In this document: positions 11,945-26,324 of the stretch, one piece after another
How the letters are laid out: each line of letters starts with the position of its first letter
Numbering within the stretch: position 1 is the first letter of the stretch
From: Carcharhinus amblyrhynchos
Taxonomy: Eukaryota
NCBI GenBank assembly: GCA_965287045.1
Contig: OZ336882.1
Span: forward strand, 23,188,001 to 23,252,000
DNA: 64,000 nt
Direction of reading: 5' to 3'
Program-made: the position numbers and the translations under genes
Notes under the pieces: model-generated
The model's database searches: none
Told to the model about the DNA's origin: nothing
What the model saw: only the letters and a program-made list of their open reading frames with translations

Positions 11945-13205
11945 TATTCAGAGGGCAGTTAAGAGTTAACCAAACTGCTGCGGCCAGACTAGGTAAGGAC
12001 AACCGATTTCCATCGCCAAAGGACATCAGTGAACCAGATGGGTTTTTCCAACAGTTGTTTCCACGATCATCATGACCAAGACTAGGCCCGAGATTCTTCC
12101 AAAAAAATTCTAAGTGCCCGAATTCTCGTAAAAACTGGAGTAAATCCCGCTGATTTTTTAAGCAGGATTTTCAAAATGAACCTCCCACATTCTGTGTATC
12201 ACAGAGTGCACTAGCGTGAATCTCAATAAGAATCAGGTGGCGGGGTCTATTTCCACTGGAGAGGCCAGCAGCATAGTATTGAGTGGACCACTGCGCATGC
12301 GCTGATCTCTCATAATGGAGATCGGAGCATGTGCAATACTCTTGGACTCCCGGCCTCCCAATCACTGGTCAGCTCAATCACTGGCCTGCGCAGCAACTCC
12401 CTATCACTGTCCCTGACTCCACCGTGCCCTGATCGCTGGCCTCCTGGACATGTCTAGATGAGTCCCTCCCCTATTCCCCAGCCCCGACACTACCACTACC
12501 TCGATGGCCAGCTCCGATCACAGTCCACCCTCTCTCTGTCACTGACCCAACTACAGAATGACAGTGAGACACCCTACCTCTACTGATCGGCCCCCCCCGC
12601 CACAGGCCCTGCCCTCTTGGCACTGCCCAATGCCCACTGGGCAATGCCGAAGTGCCCCTGGACATTTCCCCTTGGACTGTACCAAGGGGCCAGGCTGGCA
12701 CTACCAGGTGGCACCTCCCTTACCCCTGACCTCCTGAGGGGTCTCCATGGCCTCCCTTCACTCCAGTGGGGTCGGGCTGCCAGCTCCCAGTTAGTAGGCA
12801 GCAGTTGTGACCCCGACTGGAGTGAAACACTCCGGCGGAGGCAGCTAAGTGTGGGGAGGGGGTGGAGAGAGAGAGAGAGACGCTAGGGGGCCCAGGCACT
12901 TCAGTCCCAGGCCCGCTAATAAGATTGAAATCAGAAATATAATATTCAACTCAGCTCCATGCGGTTTTCTGGCATGGAGCTCACGATGCCAGCAATCTGG
13001 TGGCCAGAGACGGTCGGAAGCCGGAAACCTTCTACACGGACCCCGCTCCTGTCGAGGATTGCCCCCCCAACCTTTCGATTCTAAATTTTATTGATTGGAT
13101 TCAAATTCCATAAGCTGCTGCAGTGAAATTTGAATCCATATCCCCAGAATATTAGCCTAAGCCTTTAGATTACTAGTCCAGTGACATCACCACGACAGCA
13201 TCTCC
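11945..13205 (-). mobile_element. Second tRNA-SINE family copy split by a GC-rich non-autonomous DNA-transposon-like insert (~12085-13080)
   Basis: 11945-12085 and 13085-13205 are consecutive parts of the same SINE seen intact at 21190-21555; the intervening GC-rich block begins ggcccgagattct, resembling the GGG/GGC termini of Harbinger-type elements. Confidence 0.6.
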
Positions 13206-13463
13206 TCTTGACAGCACAATGCATACAAGTCAAAACCCTGGGCAGGCAGTGTTGTGGGTCATGGTCTGCGTGCTCACTCGGCGATCTTCATTAATATTAT
13301 CAAAGATCACTGCTTTGGCTGTGCTGATATCAATCTTAGTACTGTCTTCGCACTCAGACTAGATACGTCTGTGCAGTGACAAATGGTGTCATGCAAAGTA
13401 ATTTCTTCCCCAGTATATTAAAAAAAAATTAGAAGGGATAAAAATAGTTATTTTTACATCTTA

Positions 13464-13700
<237 letters not shown>

Positions 13701-13767
13701 TTAGTGTTGATTTTCTGACCAGTGCTGAATGAACAATGCCAACAGCTCATTACGCATACAGCTCTAA

Positions 13768-14210
13768 GGGTGGCATGGTGGCACAGTGATTAGCACTGCT
13801 GCCTCATAGTGCCAGGGACTCGGGTTCAATTCCCGGCTTGTCATGGTGGAGTCTGCTCATTCTCCCCCCTGTCTGCACAAGTTTCCTCCAGGTGCTCTGG
13901 TTTCTTCCCACCGCCCGAAAGATGTGCTGATTAGGTGAACTGGCCATGCTAAGTTCTCCCTCAGTGTACCCGAACAGGCACTGGAGTGTGGCGTCTAGGG
14001 GATTTTCGCAATAAGATAAAGGCCAAATGTTGGAATCTGAAACAAAAACAGAAAACGCAGAAAACATTGAGTCTGGATGACCCTTGGGTTGGCTCCATTC
14101 TCTCTCCACAGATGTTATCAGATCTGCTGAGTTTCGCTAGCATTTTCAGATGACAGTACCTTCATTGCAGCGTTAATGCAAGTCTACTTGTGACACGAAT
14201 AAATAAACTT
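13768..14210 (+). mobile_element. HE1/V-SINE interrupted by a ~130-bp Penelope-like terminal repeat fragment (~14015-14148)
   Basis: SINE head gggtggcatggtggcacagtgattagcactgc; the SINE tail resumes at cagtaccttcattgcagcg after an insert that shares ggaatctgaaac and tctccacagatg with the repeat at 59966-60141. Confidence 0.75.
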
Positions 14211-15397
14211 TTAAATATACTTTGAATGAGCTTTAAAACAAAACAAAGAACAATACAGCACGGGAAACAGGCCCTTCGGCCCAACGAGCCCGCACCGCCA
14301 TTTTATTGAAATCTTTGGTGAAACGACCAAAGATAATCGGAAACCATTTCAGTGCAGCACCCTCAACATGGCACTGTGGACCTCTAAGAGAAAGGCAACA
14401 ATGGCATGTCTCTTCCACCAGTCAGACTGAAGAACCTCACTGTGACATGTACTCTAAGCACAAGCTATAATATGTAATTCAATGTAATCATATATAGAAA
14501 ATGGAACAAAACAGAATGAAAAATGGGATCAGTAAAAGAGAGAGAGAGATATTGAAAAGATATTAAAAAGGTATGTACAGGATTTTTCAGATGTTGGGAT
14601 TATCCGCCTCGCACACAAAGAGTCAACAGGAAATGAATGCCCAGTGATCTACAGCCACTTAATGCTCCAAGGACTTTAGTTACCTGGAGATGGGACTTCT
14701 GTTTCTCACTCAGGAAGAAACCCTGATTCAGAGAATTGCTGGCTTAGAAGCAGTGCCTTTGGTCACATTGGCCAAGACTAGGACTACAAACAGTCCCCAC
14801 AGTCAATGTGCCAGAGTCCAGGACTGGGTAAGGTGAGGGTGGTCGCACACAGTGTAAGGAGGTCAGGCCAAGAGAGGCGAGGGGAAAGGGATGGGCTCTA
14901 GATAGAGAAGCTGGAATTAAGGAAGTATCTATAAGGGACAGGTCTTGTAGCTTGTGCCAAATAAGGAAAGGAAACAGTTGAGGGAGGTCGGAGTAGATGA
15001 CATGCCTAGTTTTCTCCTGCTCCTAAACTCCTCCCAATAGCATCAAAATTGAGGCCAGGCAGAAAATGACCCTTCAGTGTTATTTATTACCCACTTAAAG
15101 GTCTCAATTGGAGCAAAGATGGGGCAGGCCTATTGTAAACTTGTGGACAGGTGGGGTGGATGGGAGGGCAGTGGAAGCCATCTGGAAAGTCTACAGGTTT
15201 CCTTGCCTTTAAACCAGCAGGCCAGGGAATCATAAATTCTGCTCGTATGATTAGTAAAAAAACTTTAATTTTAAGTTTAAAAATCTCCAGCAATAATTAA
15301 AATCTGAAGGACAGGTCTCCATATTTGTAAAAGTACCTTTTCAGTACAAAATGCAGTTTGTTTGATAATAATTAAAACATATCACACAATTGAATAT

Positions 15398-16213
15398 TGT
15401 TTGGGACCAGATCAGAAATCCCAAGTTTATTATGAAGTTGGCTTACACTTCAACTTTACTTGATTTTGGCGTTAGTACAAGCATAAGGTATTTCACTCCA
15501 GGGTGTGATTCTACTGACCCACTAGGTAGTAGATATCAAAATAAGCTTGCTCAAAGAATACAATTAGTATATAATAAAAAAGAATTAGCATAACTTTTGC
15601 CAATTAAAATACTTGAACATGACAAAATCTAATTCTTAACAGCTATCTACCTCTGTAGCTCCAATTTAAGCAATATCCCCAAAGGCATACATTTTACTTC
15701 AGAACAAATGGGCACCAAGTAAACAGATATGCTCACTTGGATGCTAGATTTCCAGGTTTTTGATCCCTCTGAACAGATATAGAAATATACCTGTTTTCTG
15801 ACTCCCATACAACAGTTCCCAGAGAAAGATCTACCTTAGCAGCAGAACTTCAGGGGAAAAGACCTAATTTTTGTCAGATCCCAGTTTTCAGATCCAGAGA
15901 CTGGGTGCTATTTCTTCCCTCTACAGTTCTCAAACAGCAACTGAGCTGGATTTCTCTCTGTGAGGCTAGCCTCACCATGTCATATGACCTTACTTGACCT
16001 AATGAAGCCCCACTCTGAAAAACATTAAAATAATAGCATTAGTCCAGATTAAAACAACCATTTCTACATTTAAGATTAATTATGCTGCCACAGTAACAAC
16101 ATAGGCTGCCAGGTAGAGGCAAAATGGCAGTGATAATGAAGCAAACTGCTAAAACAAATCCTGCACAAGAAAGGTCATACAAACACATTTCTTAAAGGCA
16201 CAGTATCATCACA
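15398..16213 (-). mobile_element. Probable solo LTR
   Basis: TGT...ACA termini, flanks atat/ctat (3 of 4 match to a 4-bp TSD), AATAAA on the minus strand near one end; no internal coding sequence. Confidence 0.4.
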
Positions 16214-16354
16214 CTATCCACTTCTGAATGCATGAACCCTAGCTTTCTCTGGTGTATTCAATGGGGAACTGGTGGATAAGTTCCATAATTTCATGTCCTC
16301 CTTATGCTTTAACACTGAATCTCTTGACAAAGTATTAGGGTAGCAAAGCTTATT

Positions 16355-19020
16355 GAACACAGGAGCCACAGATTATTTGCTGTGCAGAAGGAGGCCATTT
16401 GGCCCATCATATTTGCACTGACTCTCTGAAAGAGCATTCAACTTAGTCTCACTTCTCTACCTAAACCCTATAACCTTGCACATTCTTTCTTTCTGCAATC
16501 CAACTTGCTTTTGAGTACCTCAATCGAACCTGCCTCCACTACCCTCCCTGGATCTTCATTTCAGACTCTAAGCACTCTCTGGGTATAAAAACTTCCTGAC
16601 ATCATTTTTACTCCTTCTGTCAATTATTTTAAATCTGTGCCCTTTAATTCTTGATGCTGTCGTGAGTGGAAAATGGTTCTCACTATTTAACCTACTCATT
16701 GCCCTTAGGATCGTGAATAACTCTACAAATCTCTTCTCAGACACCTTTTCCCCAAAGAAAACACTCACAATCTCTCCAATCTACCCTCATAGCTACAATT
16801 CTTTAACTCTGGAATCATTCTTGTGAATCTCCAATGTCTTCCTAAAGTATGATGTTTAAGCCTGAATCCAGTTCTCCAGATATTATCGAACTATTGTCTT
16901 ATACAAGTTCAACATGATCTCCTTACTTGCATACTCAATGCCCCTTTTAACCTAGGATACTGTGTGCTTTATTAACTGCTCTCTCAACATGCCCTGCCAT
17001 CTTCAATGATTCATTTACCTATACACCAATATCCCACACCTCCTTTAGAATTTCTCTATTTATTTTCATTCTGTTTCTCCATGTTCATTCTGCTAAAACG
17101 CATCGCCTCACACTTCTCTGCATTGAACTTCATCTGCCACTTAATTAATCAATCCATCAGCGTGGCTATACTCTCTTGAAGTGCAAGGCTATCCTGATTA
17201 CAATTGATAATGGTTCTAATCTACAGACTATCTTATTTTTGAAATCAATCCCTGAACACCACAGTCTAGGTCATCAATATGCAACATGAAGAACAAAGGT
17301 CCAAACAGTGATCGCTGGGGAACTTCACTACAAACCTCCTTCCAATCTGAAAAAAAACTAGTTATCATGAATTGAACTGTTTCCTATAACTCGATTTATT
17401 ATTCAAGTGCCTAATTTCTTAGTTATTCCATGGGCTAGAATTTTACCACAAGTCTGTTGTGCGGCACCAAATCAAATGCATTTTGAAAATCCATATACAC
17501 CACATCAAGCAACATTGCCCTCATCAACATTCTCTGTTACCTCCTGAAAAAAACTTCAGCAAGTTAGTTAAACATGATTTTCCCTTAATGAATTCCCCTA
17601 ACTATCCTGCACTTGTCTAAGTGGCTATTGATTTTGTCTTCAACGATGGTTTCTAGAACTTTCCTCACCACTCAAGTCAAACTGATTGGTCTGTAGTTGC
17701 CAGATTTATCCTTTTTGAACAAGGATGTAATATTCACAATTCTCCAGTCCTCTGGCACCACTCCTATGTATCAGGAGGATTTGAAGATTTGCTACTTCCA
17801 TCTTCCCTCAGTATCCTTGGATCCATCTCATCTGCTCCTTGCACATTATCTATTATAAGTAAAGATAGCTTTTCTAAAACTTCTTCTTTCTCAATTTTAA
17901 TTTCTTCTAGTGTACCAATTACTCTCTCTCTCACCTGGGCCTGGATAGCATCTTCTTGCTTCGTAACGACAGATGTAAAGTATTTATTAAATCCTTCCAC
18001 TATTTGTCCCAGCGCGACGTGCAAGTCGCCCTTTGTATATCTAATTAGACCCATTCTTTCTTTTACCACCCTTTTGTTATTTATATGCTTGCAGAAGACT
18101 CAGGATTACCATTTGTGTTAGCTGCCAGTCTCTTTTCATGCTCTCTCCTTGCTTTTCTTTGTTTTTTCACTCCCACTCTAATCATTCTACATTCAGCCTG
18201 AATCTCCACTGCATTTCTAACTGACGTCTGTTGTACGCGTACTTCTTCCTTTTCATTCTCACCTCTATCTTCCTCATCATCCAGGGCACTCTGCATTTAT
18301 TTGTCCCAGCTTTCTCTTTCAAGGGAATATACCTTGACATCACCTGCAATACTTTTTCTCTGATCGTGGCCCATTGTTCAGCCATCATCTTTGTAGGCAA
18401 CAGTTGATTCCAACTCACTCGACTCCAATGCATTCTCAGCCCACTGAAGTTGGCTTTCTCCCTATTAATTATCCTTGCTCTGGATTGCTCCTTGTCCTTT
18501 TTCATGGCCAACCTAAACCTGATGATACAATGGTCACTGTCCCTTAGATGCTCTCCCACTGATATTTAATCCACTTGGGACAACTCATTCTCCAGAGCCA
18601 GGTCCAACAGTGCCTGTCCACTTGTTGGACCAGAAATATATTGCTGCAGGAAACTACCTTGAATAAATTCCAGAAACTCACACACATCTTGTCCCTTTGC
18701 ACTATTCCTATCCCAGTCTATGTTTGGATAATTGAAGTTCCCCATTACAATTACTCTGCAATTCTTGCACCTCTCTGTAATTTCTTTATAAAATTGATTC
18801 TCTGCATCCTTTCATTAGTTGACAATCTCTATACGATATTGATCAATGTTATTGCAGCTGTTTCATTCCTTACCTCAAGCCAGAGAGATTCTGCCCTTGA
18901 CCCCTCTGGAACACCCTCTCTCTTCAATACTGTAATACCATCTTTAATCAATAATGTCAGTTCGCCCTTTACTTTCTTTCCTGTCTCTCTGAAACACCTT
19001 GTACCCAGGAATATTTAACA
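16355..19020 (-). mobile_element. Long decayed CR1 LINE (endonuclease to 3' UTR)
   Basis: GEHLRDSDHCIIRF (ORF 18182-18559), FNKYFTSV...GADEMDPRILRE (ORF 17764-18069), DFQNAFD and 3' UTR remnants in colinear order. Confidence 0.85.
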
Positions 19021-19329
19021 TTTAGTATTGTCCTTCTTTGAGCTCGGGTCTTTGTTTTGGCAATAATATCATAGTTCTATTTGTCAACTCGTGTGTGTAG
19101 TTCACCAATCTGATTAACTACCCACCATGCTTTCATATATGTGCACATTAATCCTGATTTATGCTTTTTTACTTTCCTTTTTATCTGACCCTATCCAATG
19201 ATTCACTATTGCTGAGTCTAATTCGATCAAATGCTTCATGTATTCTGTTTACCTTGACACTACTCGCTGTCATATTCTCCTTATTGGTTAATGTGAATGT
19301 GTCTCAATCTTCTAGATTCAGCCCGACAC

Positions 19330-20130
19330 CATCAGATGCTTCATCTTAGTCTCTGTTTCTTTCATCATTCAGGGGCTTCCAGATTTCTTTATCCTACCTT
19401 TCCCCCTGTGGAAGTGTACCTTGACTGTGACTGAACTATATCCTCTTTAAAGGCAATCCATTGTTCTGTTACAGCTTTGTTTGGCTATCCTTAATTCCAA
19501 TTTACCTGGGCAGATCCTTTCTCACTCCATTGAAGTTGGGTTTTCTCCCAGATAATTAGTTTTTCCCCTGGATTGCTCCTTGCCCTTTGCCACTGCTAAC
19601 TTAAACCATACAATATTCTGATCACTGCACTCCTAAATGTTCCCCTCCTGATACATATTTCAGTTAGCTCAGTTGGACAACATGGTAACACAGTGGTTAG
19701 CGCTGCTGCCTCACAGCTCCAGGGACCTGAGTTCGATTCCCAGCTTGGGTCACTGTGTATGTGGAGTTTGCACGTTCTCCCCATGTCTGTGTGTGTTTCC
19801 TCCGGGTGCTCTGGTTTCCTCCCACAGTCCAAAGATGTGCGGGTTAGGTTGATTGGCCATGCAAACTTGTCCACAGTGTCCCAGGTTGTGTAGGTTAGCT
19901 GGGTAAATGTCTGGAGTTGTTGTGTTAGGACCTTCTGCACTGAAGGGTTTCTATGATTCTATGACTCCCCCTCATTCCTCAGAACCAGGTTCATTGGACT
20001 GAAAATAGCTTGATGGTGAAAATTCTCCTGAACACAATCTAAAAAGCCTGAACTTCCCCAACCCCCACCCCCGACCCCTAAACTCTTACTATTCAGTCTA
20101 TGTTAGGATAATTAAAGCTGTCCATTATAC
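19330..20130 (-). mobile_element. Second CR1 endonuclease-region fragment interrupted by a plus-strand HE1 SINE (~19675-19962)
   Basis: ctggattgctccttg and gatcactgcactcctaaatgttcccc parallel 18480-18560; SINE head gtggttagcgctgctgcctcacag at 19693. Confidence 0.7.
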
Positions 20131-21189
20131 CCATATCAGAATTCTTGCACCTTTTTATAATATCTTTGCAAGTTTGTTCGGTATTGTATATCAAAGCAGT
20201 TTTTAAAAAAAAAATTACGCTCTTTAAGTTGAAACACATTTTTCAAAGCATTAACTTAATAGCACTAACCAAGTTTGGCAATGAGTATGTGCTGAGTGAG
20301 TTAGTCTGAAGGAGATTAGTCATTAGCATCAGTGACCTGATTTGAGCTGGAAAAGTGTAGCCTGTGTTTTCAATTCTTCTAATGACTAGTGACTTCTGCT
20401 GATAGTCCATGTGCATACAGGCCAGGTAGGGACAAGATCAGGCTTGGCCTTGAGTCCCCATTTTCAGTCAAAAATCCCACTGGCATTTATTTTCAATTTA
20501 ACCAAAGCTGAGAGAACCATGATCCAGTGCAGCATTAATGGTTTCTAGAGAGGTAGTAGGTAAAGAGAACAGGCAGAAAAAAACAAACTGGAGGTTAAAA
20601 ATAAACAGCACCAAATGCTGAGAAGGTATAGATAACACCAAAACAAAGGACTGGGATAAAATTAACAATCTTACAATTTTGAAACATGACGCAAAAGATT
20701 AGAAGACACTGTCTTCAGGAGTGGAACAGATTGTCTGAGAAAATAGTTAATGCTATTTTGAGAAAAGTTCATAAGAGCCTTATGTAAGTACCTGGTTAGA
20801 TGAAAGATCGTGTGGACAAGTTTAAGCAAATATGATTAAAGTACTCCTGGACTATTACAGTTTCTGGGCTGCTGACAGCTCTAATACGTGATTTGCAGGG
20901 AAAAGAAAATCCAGTGCTGTACAACAGGGATGTAAAGATCAATATTCCAGACTTCAGTTTAATTACCTTTGTGGTGACAGAGTGAAATAAATTGCAATCC
21001 CTAGCCAAAAGAGATTAAATATGAAAAGCCTACATTTGAATACACGGCAGGAGTGAGTTTGCTGGCCAAATCACCTTTCTGTTATGTTTTCTTGTGTCCT
21101 GAAAGCCAACATGATACACAGAATGTCAAATAGTTTGCTGCAAAGTAAACCATAAGTATAAGCCTAGGAACTGAACATTATTAAACACA

Positions 21190-21555
21190 TTTTTTTTAAT
21201 TCATTCATGAGACATGGGTGTCACTGGCTGGCTAGCATTTATTGCCCATCCATGGTTGACCTTGTTCAGAGGACAGTTGAGAGTCAACCACATTGTTGTG
21301 GTTCTGCAGTCATATGTAGACCAGACCGGGTAAGGATGGCAGATTTCCTTCCCTAAGGAATATTAGTGAACCAGATGAGCTTTTCCAACAATTTACAATG
21401 GTTTCATGGTCATCAGTCAATTCTTAATTCCAGATATTTATTGAATTCAAATTCCACCATCTGCTGTGGTGGGATTCGAACGCGGGTCTCCAGAACATCA
21501 GCTGAGTGTCTGGATTAATAGTCTGGCGATAATACCATGAGGCCATCACCTCCCC
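21190..21555 (-). mobile_element. tRNA-derived SINE, second family (further copies ~35603-35940 -, 44750-45080 -, 61470-61665 +)
   Basis: Minus strand head ggaggtgatggcctcatggtattatcgc...ggttcgaatcccaccac (B box), core cagatggtggaatttgaattc; tail shared with the LINE end at 28808 and 43740-43815. Confidence 0.75.
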
Positions 21556-21827
21556 ACCCACTTTATGGGTCTAAAGTGGATGCTACAGGGTGCAATTTCA
21601 GGAATCACAACCCTGCGATTGGGGGACCTGAAAAATCTTTGACCTGATACTGAAACAAAGCATTTTTATTTTTCCAGTTATCAGAGACAACTGAATAAAA
21701 TTAGACTCTGCATATACCAAACATTCGCTTTTGGATCTATCGGTGCAATGTGTTGCCTTGAACACAGCAGATGCAAGCCTGTTTTATTAAAATGGTGATG
21801 GATATAGCATAAATGACACTGACAAAA

Positions 21828-22082
21828 ATATAGAACATAGAACATAGAACATTACAGCGCAGAACAGGCCCTTCGGCCCACGATGTTGCACCGACCAGTT
21901 AAAAAGCAATGACCCTCTAACCTAAACCAAACCCTTTCCATCCATAAACCTATCCACGGATCTCTTAAACGCCCCCAAACTAGGCGCATTTACAACTGCA
22001 GCAGGCAGGGCATTCCAATCCCTCACCACCCTCTGGGTAAAGAACCTACCCCTGACATCCGTCCTATAACTACCACCCCTTA
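21828..22082 (-). mobile_element. Young-looking 5'-truncated CR1 3' end with (AGAACAT)n tail
   Basis: Open frame LRGGSYRTDVRGRFFTQRVVRDWNALPAAVVNAPSLGAFKRSVDRFM, retained CpGs and a tandem tagaaca tail. Confidence 0.85.
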
Positions 22083-22765
22083 ATAGGTCAAACATTGAAA
22101 ACAAATTTTGATATGAAACCATAAGGAACAGGCCTGCTTCTCCAAGCTCCACAGGACAAGTGAGGCCTCATTTGGTCCTTCCCTCTTTTCCATTCTAGAG
22201 AGCCGGGGGTGAAGAACAGAACTAGAAGCTAATCTTCACATTATAAGCCTTTAACTTAGAGAGATGCACTTTGTAAAACATACACCTCCAGACTTATGAA
22301 ACACAAATTTAGAAGCACAAGTGAATCCTCAGTTAATGCCCAGCAACTGAACATAATTAAACATTCACTGAGCATACAATTATCCTCCTCTTGCTATTTT
22401 TTCCCTTCCCACCACTTAGCTAAAATGGAATTTGATGCTACAGATGGGCAAGCTGCAGTTTTCTCAGAATATTTAGATGTCCTTCAGTTTTGGCTAGGCC
22501 ATGCATTTGCACCGCAGCTAACTTTGCACTCAACGCCAGACATCAGCCTGCAATAGCAATGAAGACTTCAGGCAGGGTCATTCTTGGGATCATCTGCATT
22601 GGAACCTTTTTTATCACTTTGACTTTCAGACCAATTGCAGTTCAGATAAGACTTTTGTGGTGTTGTTTTTAAACTTAAATTATTTAATGTTTCAAAAATG
22701 AAAGTTTCAAGAATTGTTGTCGGCAAAGTATAGCCCTATAATGATGACATTACAGAATAAATCAC

Positions 22766-23330
22766 GGGCTTGAATTCTTGACCCACCGGACACGTACTCG
22801 GCGGACCTGGAAACATGTGCACACAGCCTGCCAGGAGTACAGGAAAAGGATGGGCAGCGAGAAAATGCAGGGTGTGGGCTGATGCCTCTAATGTGCTCCT
22901 CAGTGGAACGGCTGCTGTGGGATGGTCTGAGGAAGCTAAAAACATGTAAAAAATAAATTGCGATGGAAAAATGCCACAAAGAATGTTCAGGCAGCAAATT
23001 CAAACACAAGCCTCCATCCACAGGCACCTTTTCAAACCTGGTTTCAGCCTGGAAAGTTCATCCCTCCCTGGATAAAGGTTGCAGCTGGAACATAAAGGCT
23101 GCCTGACCAACTGGCCCTTCCGCCAACAGTGAAAGCAGACAGGCCAGGTAAAATTGTATTCTATTAGTCCTTTAATGGGTTAAGTTTCCTGCTTGACTGT
23201 TGGCGTGCACACTTGCCTCTGCTCACCAACCAAAGTATTGCGCGGTAAAATAAGGGCACGTGTCTGACGCCTTTCTCTGCTATTTCCTGTACTTCCAGTG
23301 GCAGTCCAACCAATGTAAAGTTCTGGCCCC
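22766..23330. mobile_element. Non-autonomous DNA transposon (Harbinger-type MITE)
   Basis: Imperfect terminal inverted repeats gggcttgaattct ... aaagttctggccc. Confidence 0.5.
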
Positions 23331-23369
23331 ATGATATTGTTAATGTGGAGAGAGGAAAGCAGAGTTATG

Positions 23370-23789
23370 AGCCGAAATTTTTTGGCCCTTTCCGCCAGTG
23401 GGATCTTCTATTAAAGTTAAAAATTAAAGTTTACTTATTAATAAGTAAGGCTCACTTTAACACCGCAATGAAGTTACTGTGAGATTCTCCTAGTCGCCAC
23501 AGCCTGGTGTGTGTCCAGGTCAAAGCATCTAACCAGCATGTCTTTCAGAAGGTGGGAGGAAACCGGAACGAAACCACACAAACACGGGGAGAATGTGCAA
23601 ACTCCACACAGACAGGGAACTCTGGGAATTGAACCCGGGTCCCTGGTGCTGTGAGGCAGCAGTGCTAACCATTGTGCCACCATGCTGCCCATGGTCTGGT
23701 CCTGCCAATGGTGAACCCTCACTGCGGTGTTCCCAGCAAGGGGGAGGGAAACAAAAAACGGGAAACCCCGTTCAAAGAAAATCCGGCCC
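23370..23789. mobile_element. Short MITE interrupted by a minus-strand HE1 SINE (~23412-23690)
   Basis: Termini gagccgaaatttt ... aaaatccggccc; internal ccgccagtgggatctt and ggtcctgccaatggtgaa are shared with the copies at 24540, 25606 and 50530. Confidence 0.6.
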
Positions 23790-24539
23790 AAGGTTTCCTC
23801 AGAGTCATATTCAATTCAAAACATTTACTCTGTTTCTCCTCCACATCTCCTGTCAATTTCCAGCACTTTCAGTTTCATTTCAGATTTCCAGCAACCACAG
23901 TATTTTGCTTTTATGATATTACTCATAGCCTTATTACAGGTTACTTCATTGGATCAAGAAGCTTATTTTTTGGACTGCTATAAACTTAATGCTACTTTGT
24001 CAATGTGGAATTTGAAATTTTACAATAGTGTCTATTAGATTTATGATGATTACATTAGAGTAAGTAATGTTGCAATATTCTCCTCTTTCCTCCGACTATG
24101 AAATTGCTGTAACTATCTTCCCAAGTTCTCGAATAAAAGTTTGCTTCTGACAAAATGCAAATTTAATTGCAATTTAATACTTTCTTATAGATTAATATTC
24201 TCACTGAATGGATTTACATAAGTTTACTGGGGAAAAGAAGATTCAGCAATGATCTCTAATAGTAATCCTTTCCTGTTCGAGGTTTTACACGATTAAATGC
24301 TTGGAAACAAATCTGGATAATTAATGGATGGGGCATATAGAGATTAACTGGTCTTTGGGCAGCAATTTGTCGAACATCTGTTCCTCCACTGGGATCTTTA
24401 GCAAGTCCTTCGATAATTTAATTTGTTTGTGGTTAATGAGCCACAGAAATCTCCATCATCATTAAAATATCAATAATCTGTAAAGGTTTTTTTAAGTGAA
24501 TATCTCAAAGGCAGAAAAGCCAATAGTGCCAATACAATA

Positions 24540-24735
24540 GCCAAAATTTTATGGCTGTTCCCGCCGGCTGATATTTTGGTCCTGCCAACAGCAACGCCTT
24601 ACCACAGGTTCCTCGGTGGTGAACAATGAGAAGACCCATTGATAGCGGCAGGACTGGAAGATCCTGCTGCTGGCCAATGGAGGGCAATCTCCATCACTGC
24701 AACGCACACAGTGGGAGTGTGGAAAATCCAGCCCC
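24540..24735. mobile_element. ~200-bp MITE
   Basis: gccaaaatttt ... ggaaaatccagccc termini with internal self-complementary ggtcctgcc/ggcaggac. Confidence 0.6.
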
Positions 24736-25605
24736 AGGCTGGATTTACTGTTCAGGTGGATGCCAGAGTGAAAAATGGTAACATTCAATTTTGACTCACA
24801 CATTGAGAAATTATCTGATCTTTCCATTATTTCCAGAGTTTAATCATTAGCACTTATGTCATTATAAATACCAGTCTTTGGGAGTTTCCTATTACAATGG
24901 GGGAACAGGGTGGGAGAGGTGGGTGGGGTGGGGGTGGTTGCATGAAGGAACACATTACTGCATGATTTAAAAATCTGCACAATACAAAAGTCATGTTCGA
25001 TGCACAATAGAAAGCTAGTTTATTGAAGAATGCCTTGAAAGTTGAGGTCTGCAGGAAAATTCAAAACTCCCAAGGTTACCAATGAAGGTGGAGATGCATT
25101 TCTTTATCAAGTTAAGCATTATTTTACGTAGAGTGACACAGGTCCTCAAGGAGATGGCCAGAACATTTAGCTCCAATCAATCACCCTATGGATGGCAATT
25201 TAATGCTTGAGAAAAGTTTATTGATCTGGCCAGGATGGAGATACTGAATGGTGCAGGCTAAACGTTTCAACACTGGAAATATGCCAAACATGTTAGATAT
25301 TTGCAGTAACCTCCCTTCAAACTCTATTAAAGTACTTAAATTACAGAGCAATACTGCCTTTATCTCGGTTAGATCCTTGATTCAGAGCCTGACCTGTTAC
25401 ATTCCCATTAAAAACCCTCACGCTCGCTGCCTATGTCTGTCATTAGTGTTGAAAGCTATGCCTCAAGTTGTATTACACTGTACGCCAAAGATTATTAACT
25501 GTTCTGCTTCCTGTTTAAGTACAAGATAATTGTGATTGATGGTTAACCTTTTATCTTGTCACCTTTTCTAAGGAAAGACCTTTTCTTTCCTGGGGTTAGA
25601 AAACA

Positions 25606-25834
25606 GGGGCGGGATTCTCTGCCCATTAGCACCCCCCCGCCCCACGCCTCCCCCCACCATGGTATGATTCTCAGCAGCGGGAGGTGGCCCGCTGTTGGCC
25701 AGCAACAGAATCTTCTGGTCCCACCACTGTCAATGGGATTGCCCATTGAGTCCACCAGGAAACCCTCGGCGGGGGGCGTGCAATCAGCAGGACTGGAAGG
25801 TCTGGTTCGCGGGAAAGGCAGGAAAACCCCACCC
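25606..25834. mobile_element. ~230-bp MITE (same family, opposite orientation)
   Basis: TIRs gggcgggattctc ... gaaaaccccaccc. Confidence 0.65.
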
Positions 25835-26324
25835 ATAGAGTCGGTCAGAGTAAGCTGCAGATTTATCCTAAACCCTATTCTCTTCTTGCTATTTTTTTGC
25901 GCTAGCTCTCAGGAAACTGCACAGTGAAATCTAATGAAAGCACCCTGTTCAACAATCTATTCTTTCTGTTTTTTTTCCTATATTTGCCCAGAGAAGCAAT
26001 GGATGAAGAATTGCTGGGTCTCTCTGAATGCTGCTATTCCAGCACTTCACAGCATGAGCCATTATTCACCAGCTCCCTCACAAGAACAGTTCAAAGATAA
26101 GCACTCAGTGGGCAAGTTGAGCATGTAAATAGCGTCCTGGATATACAAAGAATGAGTGAAGTGAAGTAGTTCTCTGTGGAACATGAGGAAGATATCTCAA
26201 CCTTGCTTTTCTTCTCTAAAAGGCTCCTCAAAGCTAAACGCTTTGACCAAGATTTCAATCATCCATTTTAATATCTCCTCACGTGACTCGGCACCATGTT
26301 TTGTTTTATGACGCATTTTTTAAA

